Shown: positions 42,150 to 55,546 of the stretch, piece by piece
Layout of the letters: the number at the start of each line of letters is the position of its first letter
Position numbering within the stretch: position 1 is the stretch's first letter
Assembly (NCBI GenBank): GCA_000004985.1
Contig: GG738858.1
From: Naegleria gruberi
Taxonomy: Eukaryota
Direction: 5' to 3' (one strand)
Length of the DNA: 64,000 nucleotides
Notes under the pieces: generated by a model
What the model saw: only the letters and a program-made list of their open reading frames with translations
Told to the model about the DNA's origin: nothing
Databases searched by the model: none
Program-made: the position numbers and the translations under genes

Positions 42150-42591
42150 TTACATTGGTATCGCCATTGATAAAGAAAGTTTTGGGCAGTTTTCTGATTG
42201 CTCTTCCAAATATTGCTTAGTCTTGATGGAGTGGAGAATAATGGAACCTAATCCCTTGAAATCGAATCCAATCACCTTAGAAGTGAGCCAAGTTACCAAA
42301 GCTCCACCAGCTGCTCTTTCTCTCCAGCCTTTCATATCCCTTCTGTGATCAAAACCTTCCTGCAAGACCATCTTGATGCAAATGATGGTCTTGAAGGTTG
42401 TTGTTTCCTCCTCCTCCACCAGCAAACATGTTGCTGAACGACGATGATGATGTAGTAGCTGTGGTCATGTTGTGTGAGTTATTATTGAGGTATTTGTTTA
42501 AATTTGGTGATGTTGTTGAATGTTGAGGCGATTTATTTGCTTGTGAGTGCGTTCTGGTTGTAACATCAAGTTCAATCAAATTTGGATCCAA
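42150..42591 (-). CDS. two overlapping small ORFs in different frames (Asn/Ser/Gly-rich leader; then ..GFDHRRDMKGWRERAAGGALVTWLTSKVIGFDF..). Possibly one frameshifted or pseudogenised small gene.
   Basis: The frames overlap at 42349-42425. No GT..AG intron of plausible length reconciles them. Confidence 0.2.
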
Positions 42592-43037
42592 TTAACCTCC
42601 CTTCCTTAATTGACCTCTCATTTGAGAAAAAAGCTACAAATTAAGGCAAATGTACTTCTCAACCATTTGGGACACGACCTAAAATTTTCAATATTCACTT
42701 TCTAATGTTTGAATGTTTGTGTGAAAATTGTTATCAACACCTGTGTGAGGCACAATAATTTGATGAATGTTTGATTCAAGCTTCGAACAACGGATACATC
42801 ACAAGGAATAATCTGTATTTCCTGTTGAGTATGAAACTAACAAAATGCTGGAAATTCTTGAACCCTTTTGGAAGGAAATATTGAATGTTGTGAAAAATTG
42901 TTGATTTGAAAATTCACAATAAAAATTTCACACATCTCTAATCTATTAAATTGTATTAAATAATTTATTATAATTATATCATTACAATACATTTATTTAC
43001 AAAACAATAAATTTACAAAATTCTCATTCTCCATATA

Positions 43038-45131
43038 ATGGAAGGAAAAATCTTTCGGACAACAATAAACTCCTCAACTCCACCAATTAATAGTTCTAAA
43101 AAAATGGAAGAAAATTCTCTGCTGTTATCCACAAGAATGAACTCTTCCGAAGAGGTCTCTTTAAATCATGATCATTATGAAAATTACAATGGAATTGCAT
43201 CAAATAATCATCACGATGAAGGAAACTTTTCATCATCGGAAGCAAATATTAACGGTGATGAAAAGTTTATAAGTGTTGATGATGCCATTGAATGGATGGG
43301 GTTTGTATTCTTCTGATGTATGAATGTGAATGAATGAAAATTAATTGTGTGCACAGAGTTGGAAAATTTCAAATTATCTTGTTGTTTGTGTGTGGAATTG
43401 CTTGGATGGCTGATGCATGTGAAATTATGTTATTGAGCTTTATAATGCCTGCTGTGAGGGATATTTGGAATTTGGGATCGGCTGAAGAGGCAACGATTGG
43501 TGGCATTGTGTTTGCTGGCATGTTGATTGGTTCATCATTTTGGGGATTTATTTGTGACAGATTTGGAAGAAAGATTGGTATTGTGGCAATTTTTACAATT
43601 TGTTCGATATTTGGATTAGGAAGTGCATTCTGTCCTAATTTCTGGTCATTGGTAGTGGTTAGATTCTTTGTTGGATTTGGAGTAAGTTTTGTTGAATTGT
43701 GTGAATTATTTGAATTTGTTTTATATGAATTTTCTGAATTTTCTTGACTTTTTGACAGGTTGGTGGAAGTCATGCCCCATTTTCATTATTTGTAAGTTTT
43801 CTTCATTGATATTTAGATTAGATGATTTAATTTTGTAAAATATTTGTAAATGTGAACCAAATTTGTTATTGAAAAATTAAGACTGAATTCTTGCCAAACA
43901 AATCGAGAGGTTTCTTCTTATTATTGATTGAAGTTTTCTGGACTGTGGGAACTGTGTTGACCTCAGTGATGGCTTTGGGTGAGTTTTGAAATTTACCACA
44001 TTTTTAACATGTTGTGAAAATTAGTATTCTTGGGATTTCCTGAAATATTTGGAGATTATGGTTGGAGATATCTTGTTGGAGTCAGTTGTTTACCAAACGT
44101 AATCATGTTATTTTTCGTTCCATTTCTTCCAGAATCACCTCGAGTTTTGGTATTGAAAGGAAATGTTGAAAAGGCAGAACGAGTTTTCAAACGTCTTGCT
44201 TGGTGGAATAATCGACCAATGTTTGAAGGAAAATTGAAAGTTGATGAAAATGCAACCAAGAAGAAGGGAGGATCTATCTTACTCTTTTTCACAAAACCAT
44301 TGTGGTTCAGTAGTCTTCTCATTTTAATCTTGTGGTTTATTGGTGTGAGTTTTGATTGATTTTATTGAGATTTTAATGAGTTTACAATTATGATGATGAT
44401 AATTTGTGGAAAATTAAATCACTTGATGAATTGGAAATGTGAATTGTGGAAATAATCAACAAATTATTGGAAACTTTGAAAATTTAAGGCATTGGCTTAT
44501 TATGGAGTTGTGGTCATTACTCCAAATTATTTTGGAAACAATACTAGCAAGCTCTCTGTCTACATTAATACCATTATTGTTTCTGGAGCTGAGTTACCAG
44601 GATTATTATTTGCCTATTCTGTAATTAACACATTTGGAAGAAAGAAGACAATTAGTTTACTTTTCCTTTCGACTGGTTTATTCCTAGGATGTTTAGCCAT
44701 TCCAACAGAAACCTGGTTATTAACCATCTATGCAGTTGGTGCAAGAGCTTCAATTATGGGTGCAACTGTAAGTATTTTACAATTCACATTTGTGAAATTC
44801 AAACAAAATTACAATTTTTGTAAAGTGTGCTCTTTGGGTCTATACTCCTGAGGCTTTCCCGACCAATATTCGATCTCTTGGAACAGGAATGGCAAGTGCA
44901 AGTTCAAGAATTGCAGCTATTGCCACTCCATACATTGCAACCATGCTGTCAAAAATCAATCCAGTCATTCCAGTAGCTATTTATGGTGGCTCATGTCTGA
45001 TTGCTTTCGTCATGGGACATATTTTGCCATACGAAACAAATGGCAAATCATTGGCTAATGATGTAAGTGAGCTGGTGAATTACTCAACCAAGAGAAGAAA
45101 AAAGACTGAAAAAAGCATAACTGATAATTAA
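43038..45131 (+). CDS. major facilitator superfamily transporter, SV2/SVOP-like, 540 aa, 7 exons: 43038-43300, 43357-43681, 43759-43791, 43882-43978, 44025-44344, 44489-44767, 44826-45131
   Basis: Exons reconstructed from GTTTGT/GTAAGT/GTGAGT donors and AG acceptors, all phase-consistent (total 1623 nt). MFS motifs G-x-x-x-D-R-x-G-R-K (ICDRFGRKIG) and PESPR. The order of conserved blocks follows SV2/SVOP-type transporters. Confidence 0.6.
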
Positions 45132-45366
45132 ATAAAGTTATTATTATTTAACTTATTATTGGAAGAAAGAACAAAGACAACTCCAAAATCTTTGAAGATA
45201 TGAGTTTGTAAACTCTTCACTGTCACACTTTAGGTCTATTCAATTTATTGATAAAGTTGAAAAATCAATTGAATGGAAAACCAAAATGCTAAGGATAAAG
45301 AGGCAACCAATCATTTGGATGGAAAATCCTGAGATTACAATTTTCATTAGGATAAATTAAAAAAAA

Positions 45367-46002
45367 ATGTCACAACTCAAAACACTTCTCTTGACACTTT
45401 TGATTGCTTCGATCGTTGTTCTTGCCTCCAGCTATGAGCCAACATTGGATCTCCTTGATCAATACTGTATGCGCATGTTCACCTATTCAAAATCATCAAA
45501 ATACGAAACTAACATTTACGTCGACCATTCGAAAGGTCAATATTCACACAAACTCACAACACCACAAGGATTACGTCAAGAGTACTTTTACTTCCAATCC
45601 AACGACACTCTCTACACCTTCTCTGAACAATCCAAATTAGGACAATGGACATGTGTCAAAAAATTAAAAGCAAATTTAAAGAATTCTGAAATGGACCCTT
45701 GGAGATCTCAAATTTTCACAGGAATGAAATATTCTGGCATTGAAAAGAATTGCCTCAATGTCCTTACTCGGAATATTGCTCTCTGTAATCGATATGATAA
45801 CAAAATTGTGACTAATATGGTAATTGATTATTATGTGGAAACTAATCACACGAGTGAAATTCAAATTCCATTGCAAATGTATAAAATTGTTGGAGAGAGA
45901 GTGAAGGCAGAGTTAATTTATGTGTATGAATATAGAAGAAGTCCAATGGCTAGTGATTTTATGTTTCCATTTTCGGAAAATATTTGCACATTTGGAAATT
46001 GA
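45367..46002 (+). CDS. secreted hypothetical protein, 211 aa
   Basis: ATG at 45367 and an N-terminal signal peptide (LLLTLLIASIVVLASS). No domain recognised. Confidence 0.4.
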   Translation: MSQLKTLLLTLLIASIVVLASSYEPTLDLLDQYCMRMFTYSKSSKYETNIYVDHSKGQYSHKLTTPQGLRQEYFYFQSNDTLYTFSEQSKLGQWTCVKKLKANLKNSEMDPWRSQIFTGMKYSGIEKNCLNVLTRNIALCNRYDNKIVTNMVIDYYVETNHTSEIQIPLQMYKIVGERVKAELIYVYEYRRSPMASDFMFPFSENICTFGN

Positions 46003-46178
46003 AATTTTATATTTAATAAATTCTGAATATTTATTTTACAATAAATTGAAGGATTTACAATCCAATCAAATTAAACTTTCTTTAAAATTCTTGAAATAAT
46101 TTTGATTGATATGAAATTTTGCCGCCAAAATTTTAACAAGCTTCAAAGCAAAAACCAAGTTAAAAAAAATTCCGCAAT

Positions 46179-49100
46179 ATGAAATATGCACAAATCCTCC
46201 TTCTCATCATTATTATCATAATTTGTTTTCTTTCTTCTCTTTCTTCCGCTCAAAATTCGATTCTTTTTGTTGAACCAAAAATTGGACGAAACCAAACTAA
46301 TTGTTCCAATCCGAATCTTCCCTGTGATTCAATATCCAATGCACTGTTATCAGTTCTGCAGAATAATAACACAACAATAGTGAGGATAATTTTACTTTCC
46401 GATATTACAAAATGTACTTTGAAAAATATTCCAACTTTCGTCAAGGAATTGGAAATTATCGGAAACAATGAAACTCTAAAATTTACATGTAATATTGATA
46501 CACACTCATCCTATTTGAAATTAACAGTTTCTAATTTGACATTAATTGGAGATTTCTCTGTTGATGGATCACAGGAAAGTGTCATTTTGGAAAATGTAGT
46601 TTCTTCCAATTTCATGATTATTATTTCGAAACAAATCGTATTTAACAATGTGAGGACCACTGGTTATTCTACAGTGTTCGTAATAGCATCATCTTCTTTA
46701 GAAATTGATAATTGTCAAATTAATGGAAGATTTTCTGTTCAGACTGATGGTTTGAAATATCCGAAAACATTTATTAGAAACTCAATATTTAGAAATAGTT
46801 TATTGACTATTGGACTTGAAACTGTCTTTGGAGTATCAATTAATTACAGACAATTGTTTGTAATTTCATCATCTTTTTATGATTCAATCTTGTTGGTGAA
46901 GGATAATTCAATAATAAGTATAAGAAACTCTATTTTTGATGGATATTTCTCTTCAGTGAGTAAGGATCAGGGAAGTATTCTGTACGTTTCGTCATATTCC
47001 CCTTCAGCTCTTACTGTGTATGATTCAGTTTTTAGAAATAACATTGTGGATGGAGCTGTACGATTGATTGGAGCAGGAATCAATTCATACTTTAAAAATT
47101 GTTCATTTTCTGATAATGCCAATCATTCTGGAGGTCCAGCTCTCTACTTGGCCAATATTTATGCAGCTGTCATTGAGAATTCAGTTTTTATTAATAATGA
47201 ATTTGTAAGGTTGAATGTCTCTAATGTACAAAATAGAGAGGAGTTGGGTGGAGGAGCAATTTTTCAGAGACAATCCATTCTGACCACTGCTAATTGTTCC
47301 TTCATTAATAATAGAGCTAATCAAGGTCTTGGTGGAGCAATTTTGACAAGTCATTCGACGATTTATAATAGTAATGATGATGTAAGTATTCTTGAGCTAA
47401 TTGAAAGTTGACCATTCATGTAATTAGGTATTTTTTAATAATACAGCCAAGATTGGTGGAGCAATAGCCACATTAGACACAAGTTCATTCCTTGCAGCTT
47501 CTATTGAGAGTTCTAAATTCCTAAATAATTCAGCAACCATGTTGGGAGGAGCTATCTTTTCCTTTAAAAGTAAATACGTTAGCATTCCAGTTCTAACAGA
47601 TTTTATTGGAAACAGAGCTCATTACGGAGGAGCCATTTATTCAGTTTCTACTTATTTTAGAGTATACGATGTTGAACTTGTTGATTTTCAAGATAATTAT
47701 GAAACTGGACCTAATGGTGAGAAATTATTAAGTAATTACAAATCATTTCCTGACAATTTTAAGTTGAATATTACAAATTCCAATAATATTAAGGAAAAGA
47801 CATTCAATGTAAATTTTGGAGAACGTGTAGAGATTCAATTCTCTCTTTCAGAAACGTACAGGTATTTGCACAGCGATTTCATAGACAATAGTCCAATAAG
47901 TATTGATATTAAGGTAGATGGAGCTGTCATTGATTTTGAAGGATCTTCATATAGAAAAAATATCATGGCAACATTTTACAGTAATTCCAAAGAGAGAAAG
48001 AAATTTACATTTACTATTACCTTGAGTTTTGATGTGTTAAAATCATTCACCTATTCAGTTTCAGAAACTTTCACAGTCGAACCAATGGAATGCAAACCTA
48101 GCTATTGGTATGACATGGTAGTTAAAAATCAAATCAACAACCAATCAGTGTATGGATGTGGTTTCAGTTGGTATAGCATTCTACCATTTATTTTCTTTGG
48201 ATTTTTAATAATTTCAGTAATTGTTATTGTAATTTCCTTGTTTGCCTTTTTCAAGATTAGGAAAATGAAGAGCAAACTCAAAATATTAGACAAGAAGGAG
48301 CAAGCAGAAGTGGAATTGAATCAAAGATTGATTGAATTGGAACAATTATACACCTCTGAATTACAAAACAAGTTTTACATGAAGGATTGGATGATAAAGG
48401 TAGAGGATATCAAAATCATTTCAAAAATAGGAGAAGGAGGAATGGGAGTTGTTTATCGTGGAATGTTTTCAATGCACGAAGTTGCTCTTAAAACTGTCAA
48501 GATTGACAGCGACGATCTTGAATCCAATGAATTTGAAAAAGAAGCAAGCATCCTTTCATCCATGAGACATCCCAACATTGTTGGATTCTATGGGGTTTGT
48601 GTTACTGACACAACCAGATTCATGGTCACTGAGTACATGTCTGGTGGAAGTTTGGATTCTTTCATTTACAATTGTAAAATCAAAACTCGACACATTACAA
48701 TCCCAATGAAAATCTCAATCTTGATAGGAATAGCCAATGGAATGAACTATCTACATACTGGAAAGGGTGACATTGTCATTCATCACAGAGATTTAAAACC
48801 AGCTAACATTCTCCTTACAAATGATTTAATTCCCAAAGTTTGCGATTTTGGATTATCGAAATTATCCAAAGATTCTGGAAAGAGCTCCAAAACAACCAAC
48901 ATAGGAACTCTGTATTTCATTGCTCCTGAAATGTTACTTGGAAAGGATTACAATCAAACAATTGATGTTTTCAGTTTTTCAATTATTATGTGGCAATTAA
49001 TATTTGACGAAACTCTTCTCTACGATTCTTCCTATTCCACTAATCCAAAGTTTACCAGATTTATGAAAAGTGAGGAAATCAAACAATTTGCCACATTGGT

Positions 49101-49392
49101 TGACTCTTCTTATATTCTAGTTCCAAAATTGGTTACAGAAGGATTACGTTTGCCCATTCCAAAGATTTCTTTGGATTCGACTGAATTACGTGAATGGATA
49201 TTTGAATATTTCATTAATGATGATGCAAAAATTGATATGCAATACAGAGAAGACTCATTTGAAAGATATTCGAATGGTTTGAGTGCTCTATTCGAATTGA
49301 TGGAAAAATGTTGGCGAGAATCAATTGTTGAAAGACCTTCCTTCAGTGTAATTTCGAAAGAATTATTAACCATTAGGAATATGTTCAAGTAG
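46179..49392 (+). CDS. receptor-like Ser/Thr (TKL-type) protein kinase with parallel beta-helix (PbH1-repeat) ectodomain, 2 exons: 46179-47381 and 47428-49392 (about 1055 aa)
   Basis: Signal peptide, then repeated [FI]xNNxA..GGAI beta-helix rungs. The 46-nt intron (GTAAGT..ATTAG, phase 0) restores the repeat ..SNDD|VFFNNTAKIGGAIAT. A TM helix (ILPFIFFGFLIISVIVIVISLFAFF) is followed by a kinase domain (GEGGMGVVY, VALK, HRDLKPANILL, DFGLS, APE). Confidence 0.7.
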
Positions 49393-49724
49393 AGATTATC
49401 TATTACTACTTTCTAATAAAGCCAATGAATTATGTTGAATTCATTTTTTGTTTGGTAAAAGTACTGCATCTTCAGCTCTTTCAGCTCTGTGAGTGTCCGA
49501 GGAAAGTTGATTTGGGTAGCATCTATCAAAAGCAAAGTAAAGTCATGGCACTCCTATGATGCATCATACAGTGCTAAATTAGTTTTTTAAGTTTAAAGGT
49601 ATTTTTGGAGCCTACCGATGCCATAATGGTTGATTCTGCCACAATTTCAAGAACCTTCAATTTCCGCCAATCAGAGTAGCTTGAAACATTGTGCAACAGT
49701 GAACTTAGACCTAAACCTATAGAT

Positions 49725-50808
49725 ATGGAGTTCTCAGTGGAAGATTATATGGGTGAATTGTATGATTTTTATCCAGACTATTGGGATGAAGGTCAACACG
49801 GTTACTGGGGTATTGTTAATGGTTTTCAATCAGGAACAATCTTTTTTAATGACAATACCACCAAATTGGATACGTTGAATCCGTCGTCCAACTTTATGTG
49901 TGCGGTTAGGTATATTGTATCAAACAAACCCTCAAATGAAATTGCTGCAAAGGATTGCCTCTATTCATCAAAACAATTAGATATATTCTCAGCGACTGCT
50001 TCATCATTCGGGATTTATGTAACTGTTAGAAATTTAGGTCGAGATTATGACTCAGTCAGGTAAGACAACATTTGCACCAGGAACATTCGTAACAAGATTA
50101 GGCTTGAATCCGGAAAGACTAGGCAGTGGTGTTCATGTTGTACATTCCATTGTAGACAATTTCATTGCATGGAGAGGTTTAACAAATTTAGTAGATGATA
50201 CATTTATTGTAGTTGGTAATGCTCAATGTTCTCACTCGCAGCAGAATACTGACAGATTAACATTTGCAGATGAGTCCTTGTTGATTCTTCCACCTCAATG
50301 CGACATGGTTCCTTTTGCTGCTCTTTTCACTAGCCCAAATTCAATGACTTTGAGAAAAAGGCAAGTTCTACAACAAGGAGGAACTGGAGGGTCATTCATA
50401 AATAAGGTTGTCAAGTCATCTGCTTCTTCCTTTTGGGTATGTGGTAGTTTTGTTGGACAAATTACATTTGGTGGTGATCAAATATCAGCCGGCCGACAAA
50501 CTCCCTTCTTTAGTTATTATGAAATTGACTCAACCAAGGACCAACCTTTCAAAGTTATACACACCACTCCAATTTCATATTATCAAGCCGTGGCTGAGGC
50601 ATACGATATGAAAATAATTCCAACAGCAGGACAAATAATTGAAATTTACATAGTTGGTTCTGTCAATAATAAACAATTTCAAAATCTTAAATCAATAAGA
50701 GATTGGAGTAAGAGGTATCCGAGGTTCGTATTTCCAAACCATTATTTGAAGAGATTAAACATGCTTCAATTCAATTGTAGAACTGCTTTCTTACATTTGC
50801 ATGTATGA
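49725..50808 (+). CDS. hypothetical protein(s): ORF 49725-50063 and ORF 50047-50808 overlap in different frames. Either one gene with a frameshift/assembly indel near 50047-50063, or a pseudogene.
   Basis: First ATG at 49725; the track start at 49689 is TTG. The second frame opens only at 50038. The only GT..AG candidate would be a 21-nt intron, implausibly short and out of frame. This region is more GC-rich than its surroundings. Confidence 0.25.
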
Positions 50809-51402
50809 GTGTGGATCTCTTGTATTGTTCTTATCTTTACCGACTTTCTTTACTACAAACCAAATAATTACTGCAATTAGTAGGGCAGTTAGTGGAATGA
50901 GGACTAGTAACATTAATAACCACATTAATGGATTGCTAGTTGCAGGTTTTTTGACAATTACTTTTGAATTAGATGAAGAGGAAGCTGATGGAGTTGGTTC
51001 AATTGATTTGTATTCAAGAATTGCAAGATTATATCCTAATGTTGAGCATTCACAAGTTGCTATTTGATTATTCTTGATAGAAATCGAACAATCAGTTTCC
51101 AATGATGCTGATCCAATGTTTGCACAAACATAAGCTGCCTGACTGTCGTATTGTTTCATCTCAATATCGAATAAATATTTCGAATATGATTGAGGTGAAG
51201 GATCAAGTTGTAAATTATTTACAACTGAATTGATAGATATCATCTTTCCAGGTTGATTTGCAATTGCAACGGTATCTGTATTTTTTTGAATAATCCATCT
51301 ATACTTGATTGGTGACTTGATTGAATTAGTTTTCAAGAAAGATGAAATGTTAAATGGTAATGTGATATTCACCATCTCACTTTCGAATTTCATTCCATTC
51401 AT
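50791..51402 (-). CDS. type-I-like single-pass membrane protein (ectodomain, TM LMWLLMLLVLIPLTALLIAVIIWFVV, short basic tail), about 203 aa; N-terminal signal may lie in an undetected upstream exon
   Basis: First ATG at 51402; the track start is TTG at 51435. The 3' end overlaps the 3' end of the 50047-50808 ORF by 18 nt. Confidence 0.35.
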   Translation of the reverse strand: MNGMKFESEMVNITLPFNISSFLKTNSIKSPIKYRWIIQKNTDTVAIANQPGKMISINSVVNNLQLDPSPQSYSKYLFDIEMKQYDSQAAYVCANIGSASLETDCSISIKNNQIATCECSTLGYNLAILEYKSIEPTPSASSSSNSKVIVKKPATSNPLMWLLMLLVLIPLTALLIAVIIWFVVKKVGKDKNNTRDPHSYMQM

Positions 51403-52494
51403 TTCATTCTTGAAATGTTTGTTTAAAACTGTCAAATAACTGTTAGTTTCAAATTTAAAGGGTGTGGATATTAATTTGCGCTCTTAAAACATCATTATTT
51501 ATAAGACTTCATATACATCAATATATATCATTAGATAGGAAATGTTCACGGCTACATGCTGATATATAATTTTAATATTGGTTGCTATCAAATAATGGAG
51601 ATAATCAACTCGTTTTACCTCAATATTTCTGTGTTTTTTGTTCTCTTGGGGGGGCTTGCTAGATACGCAACCATTTGGCAAAAGGTGAAAAATCGCATAG
51701 GTTCAACTTAATTCTCTACAAAATGACGTTGGGATATTTGCATTTAATTCAGTAATTGTTGAGTATTTTGTATTTGAATTGGTGTTAAACTTGTTAATTT
51801 TCTGTTGCTTAATAGCTGTGTTGAACAAGTGTGAAACTATCTTTAATTACGGTGCGCACTTATTCCGATATCATTAAGATCATTAAGGAACAAGTAAATA
51901 ATATTTATTAATATTATTTAGAAGGTGGAAGTGGTAATGTTTCTCACTCCACAAGTTATTTGCTTGTTGGCAGTGCTAATAGCCATGGATTTAAAGCCAT
52001 TATTTTGATAATCGCATTAATTAACTCCATTTTTAACCCTTTAAAATATTACGATTATCAAAATACAACGCCAAATTACTCTGCTTCCAACACTTTTCCG
52101 ATGTATGAATCTATTTATCAAGATCATCAGGATAATCTTCAATGATACTGAATTTAAGTAGATGGTGGAGGTACCATCTCTTGTTCATCAAGTTGAATCT
52201 TCCCCTCATCATTTGGTGAGGGAGCAACTTCTCCCTTCCATATTGTTTAATAAATTATTGTTATTATCATATAATGATACAATTCTTGTTGTTATTTGTT
52301 GTTAATTGTTGTTCTTAATAGAAGCCGACAATTCCAGGTCATACAACCACTTGGTTCTTCATATGAAGCATTTCTAGAAATTAAAGCTATAGCACTGTTG
52401 GTTCAGTGGTTGTATGCCGGATCGTCAATTAAGGGACGAGTGATCGATTCAAGGTGATTTTACTAACTTATTCATTATTACCACCTTATTTTTT

Positions 52495-52615
52495 TGGGTT
52501 TGGATCCCATGTCAACCCCTATTTATTAAGCTTTTCTCCTTAAATACATTAACAATATATATCACAAATGATGTCAAAAGATGGTGATTGTAATGGGGCA
52601 CAATATACGGCTGAT
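52495..52615. repeat. 120-bp dispersed subtelomeric repeat, copy 1 (copy 2 at 55195-55316), flanked by degenerate GGGTTT
   Basis: ttttggatcccatgtcaacccctatttattaagcttttctcc...ggggcacaatatacggctgatgtg recurs at 55195-55316 with 3 mismatches. Confidence 0.7.
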
Positions 52616-53303
52616 GTGGGTTTGGTTAGGATTCAGAGTTGATTTATTTGGGTTATTTAAGAGATTACTTATTGAAGATTCATATCATTGATTATATTTC
52701 TTATCATCTATAAATGATGTAAATTTGATGTTTTCATTTCTTGTATTGATAGATATATAAACAGGTCAGTACTAACTTTTGAAATATGGACTTTTAGAAG
52801 TCAAATGTTTGGGACGTGAATCTACTCATTGGATTGTGTTGGTATTGCTAATAAAGGAACATTTCATTGATTTATTGATTATAACGGTCAAATTGAGTTG
52901 AATGGAAGTGAATCAAATGTTGATTGATCGTGGATGGGTAGTTTCGCCACGAAGTGGTGCAACTACCAACCTTTGTAGATTGAATCAGGTTGATTTGCAT
53001 GCAATATGAATAAGTAACATTATCAAGAGTGATTATTCACCAATTCAATAATCAATATTCAATAATCGGTTTGATTTCAATCAATAGCTTGCTCATCAAG
53101 CTTTGAATCAAGATTCCAGTAATTAACGGCAGTCTATTTTTAAATTTAATCAAAGACCATATATAGTAGCTTGACTTTTATGATCTGGAAACTATCTAGA
53201 TGTGTTCTATATTGAATAATCTATTTGAAAATGAGATGAATTAACTCTTCTATTGAGTTTTATTGGTATTGCATGCTAATTACGATTATAATAATCTACA
53301 CAG

Positions 53304-55066
53304 AAATCACTCTTGAAATATAAACTGTAGTAGAACGTATGAGAAACATAATGGTGGTGGAATTAATCAATAACTCGTCGAAATGACTGAGATTAAATGT
53401 AAACTATGGTCCAAATGTCATGTATTTGTAACTAAACAGTGTCAACTCCGCCAAAGTGCTTTAAAAAAGATTTATATCATCAAAAACACTTCTAGACATC
53501 ACATATGCCATAAAGAATGAGTTTCAATATTTAATATTGTGAACAGACCCTGTTGGATACCATCCCTATAAATATAACAATATGAAAAGTGCCAATACTC
53601 AATTTCACATACATGTTACTATGGAGAGTCCTCATATTACCATCTAAACAGGTAGTATTTCAAGTTTCAGTGGAATTGACAGTCTAGATATTGAGAAGGG
53701 TATACTAAGGTGGAAGAAGTGTCACCTTCACTGATTATTGACATGAATATAACAATTGAATATATGATTCTTGTATAAGTATTTCATTATTCAATAATTG
53801 TAGAATTATAGTAAAACTTAATTTTGAAAATAAGATACTTCCCTATTTACTACCTTAGATGTTCCTTAGTTGACTTGAAGATATTGAGCCATGAATAGGA
53901 AACTTTCACAGATTGTTCTCCTCATCAAGGGTAGTGTATTCATATTTGATACTTGTATTATATTTTGTAAAATGAATGAGATGGAGCATATTCTACAAGT
54001 TGTTTCAAAACGTGTATAGATGTATATAAATGGCATAATCTTTGATTTTATGTCAAAGTTCTATAGTATAGTGATAGAGTTGACAACTCTTTATCTACTG
54101 AGCCAATATTCATGAAATTGATACCATATGTTAATTAGAGTGTCTACATATCATGATATCAATTTCATTGAAATTGGAGTTGTTTCTGGACCCTTCAGAT
54201 TCCATCAATCCACTCTGACAAATCAGCATGTACTATCTACTGGATGCATTTCTTGAAATGAAAACATATAATTTGATGATAGTCCACTTTATTTGAGATG
54301 TGGAACTCGATATTATCATTTATTTTGAGATTGGTAACTTTTCCTATAGTTTCATCCTTAATTGTCTTAATTGATCAAAAGAGGTCAAGGAGCGATTTCA
54401 AATCATAAAATAAATGATATTTTCGAGATGTACTATCGATTTCCAATCGATTGATATGTATTTTGTTGATTGACGATGTGGTTCTCTATATTTTCCTCCT
54501 GATCTTCCAAGACAACCTTGAAGTTTCACCCTTTGCCTTATTGAAAGATAGAATGTTCACCAAACTGTCTGAAAATTGAACCATATACATTAGTAGAGAT
54601 GTATAACATGATGGTAAAGTTTCATAAAGTGGTCATTTTCCAGAAATTCATCCATGTACACAGTTGACTAGTTGGTATGTTAGAGTTGAAATCATGAATA
54701 TGAAAGTGAAAATAAACTTGATATTCTATCTCTACACATCGAATGGAGCATTTTCATGTATAATTTGTTGATTGAAGTGATATATTTGATAGACTTGGTC
54801 TGACTTGTCTTTCCTTTCAGTCAACTTTGGAAAATCAACATTTACATTCCCATGGTACCATTTCTAATTCTTATGATATGAAATTGAATTCTATATCACT
54901 ATAGATCATATAAATCATTTTGGTAAAGTTTCAATAGGTGGTCCTTTTTCAAGATTTCCTCCTGTTGACCATGTGTGATTGAGGGAAGAAATCTTTAAAT
55001 ATGAAAGTTAAAATAAATTTGATATTCGATGTATACTCACCAAATGGAACATTTTCATGTCAGGAT
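53304..55066. repeat. subtelomeric segmental duplication, unit 1 (unit 2 = 55547-57155, about 85-95% identical with indels)
   Basis: Long colinear blocks are shared, e.g. catgaaattgatacc(a/ac)ata(tg/c)t(t/a)aattagagtgtctacatatcatgata and ttcaccaaactgtctgaaaattgaaccatatacattagtagagatgtataacatgatgg. Confidence 0.7.
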
Positions 55067-55546
55067 TCAATATGTTTTGATGAGAAACTCAAAAGTTATA
55101 GTTAACCTCTTTTACCTCACAACTTCCCTTTTCACTTGATACTTTTATACCTACAGACATGAAGTTTAGAAATTTCATATGAAAGTGATTATAAGGTTTT
55201 GGATCCCATGTCAACCCCTATTTATTAAGCTTTTCTCCTTAAATACATTAACAATATATATCACAAATGATGTCAAAAGATGGTGATGGTAATGGGGCAC
55301 AATATTCGGCTGATGTGAAATTGTTAAATATTTATATATATCAAGTTATGATGGTGGCTAGTGGCAATAAAATCACTTGATCAAAAGTATTTTTGCCGGT
55401 TGATCAAACCGAAAAACGCGCGGAAAAGTTAAAAATAGATTCAAGTTGATGTGAAAATGGCTCAGAATCGCAAGGATTAACAAAGCTTACTACTATATTG
55501 GAAGTGAATGTGCCATTTGGCACTCACTTCCATCAACTTTATCATA

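Noticed and set aside
50060-50080. Possible 21-nt intron (GTAAGA...CACCAG) joining the two ORFs at 49725-50808
   Set aside because: It is far shorter than the 44-144-nt introns verified elsewhere in the window, and it leaves the downstream ORF out of frame.
52380-52455. tRNA-like stretch (..gcactgttggttcagtggttgtatgccgg..gatcgattcaagg)
   Set aside because: A D-loop-like GGTTCAGTGG is present, but there is no T-arm (GTTCGATTCC-type) and no foldable acceptor stem. This is probably a degraded fragment.
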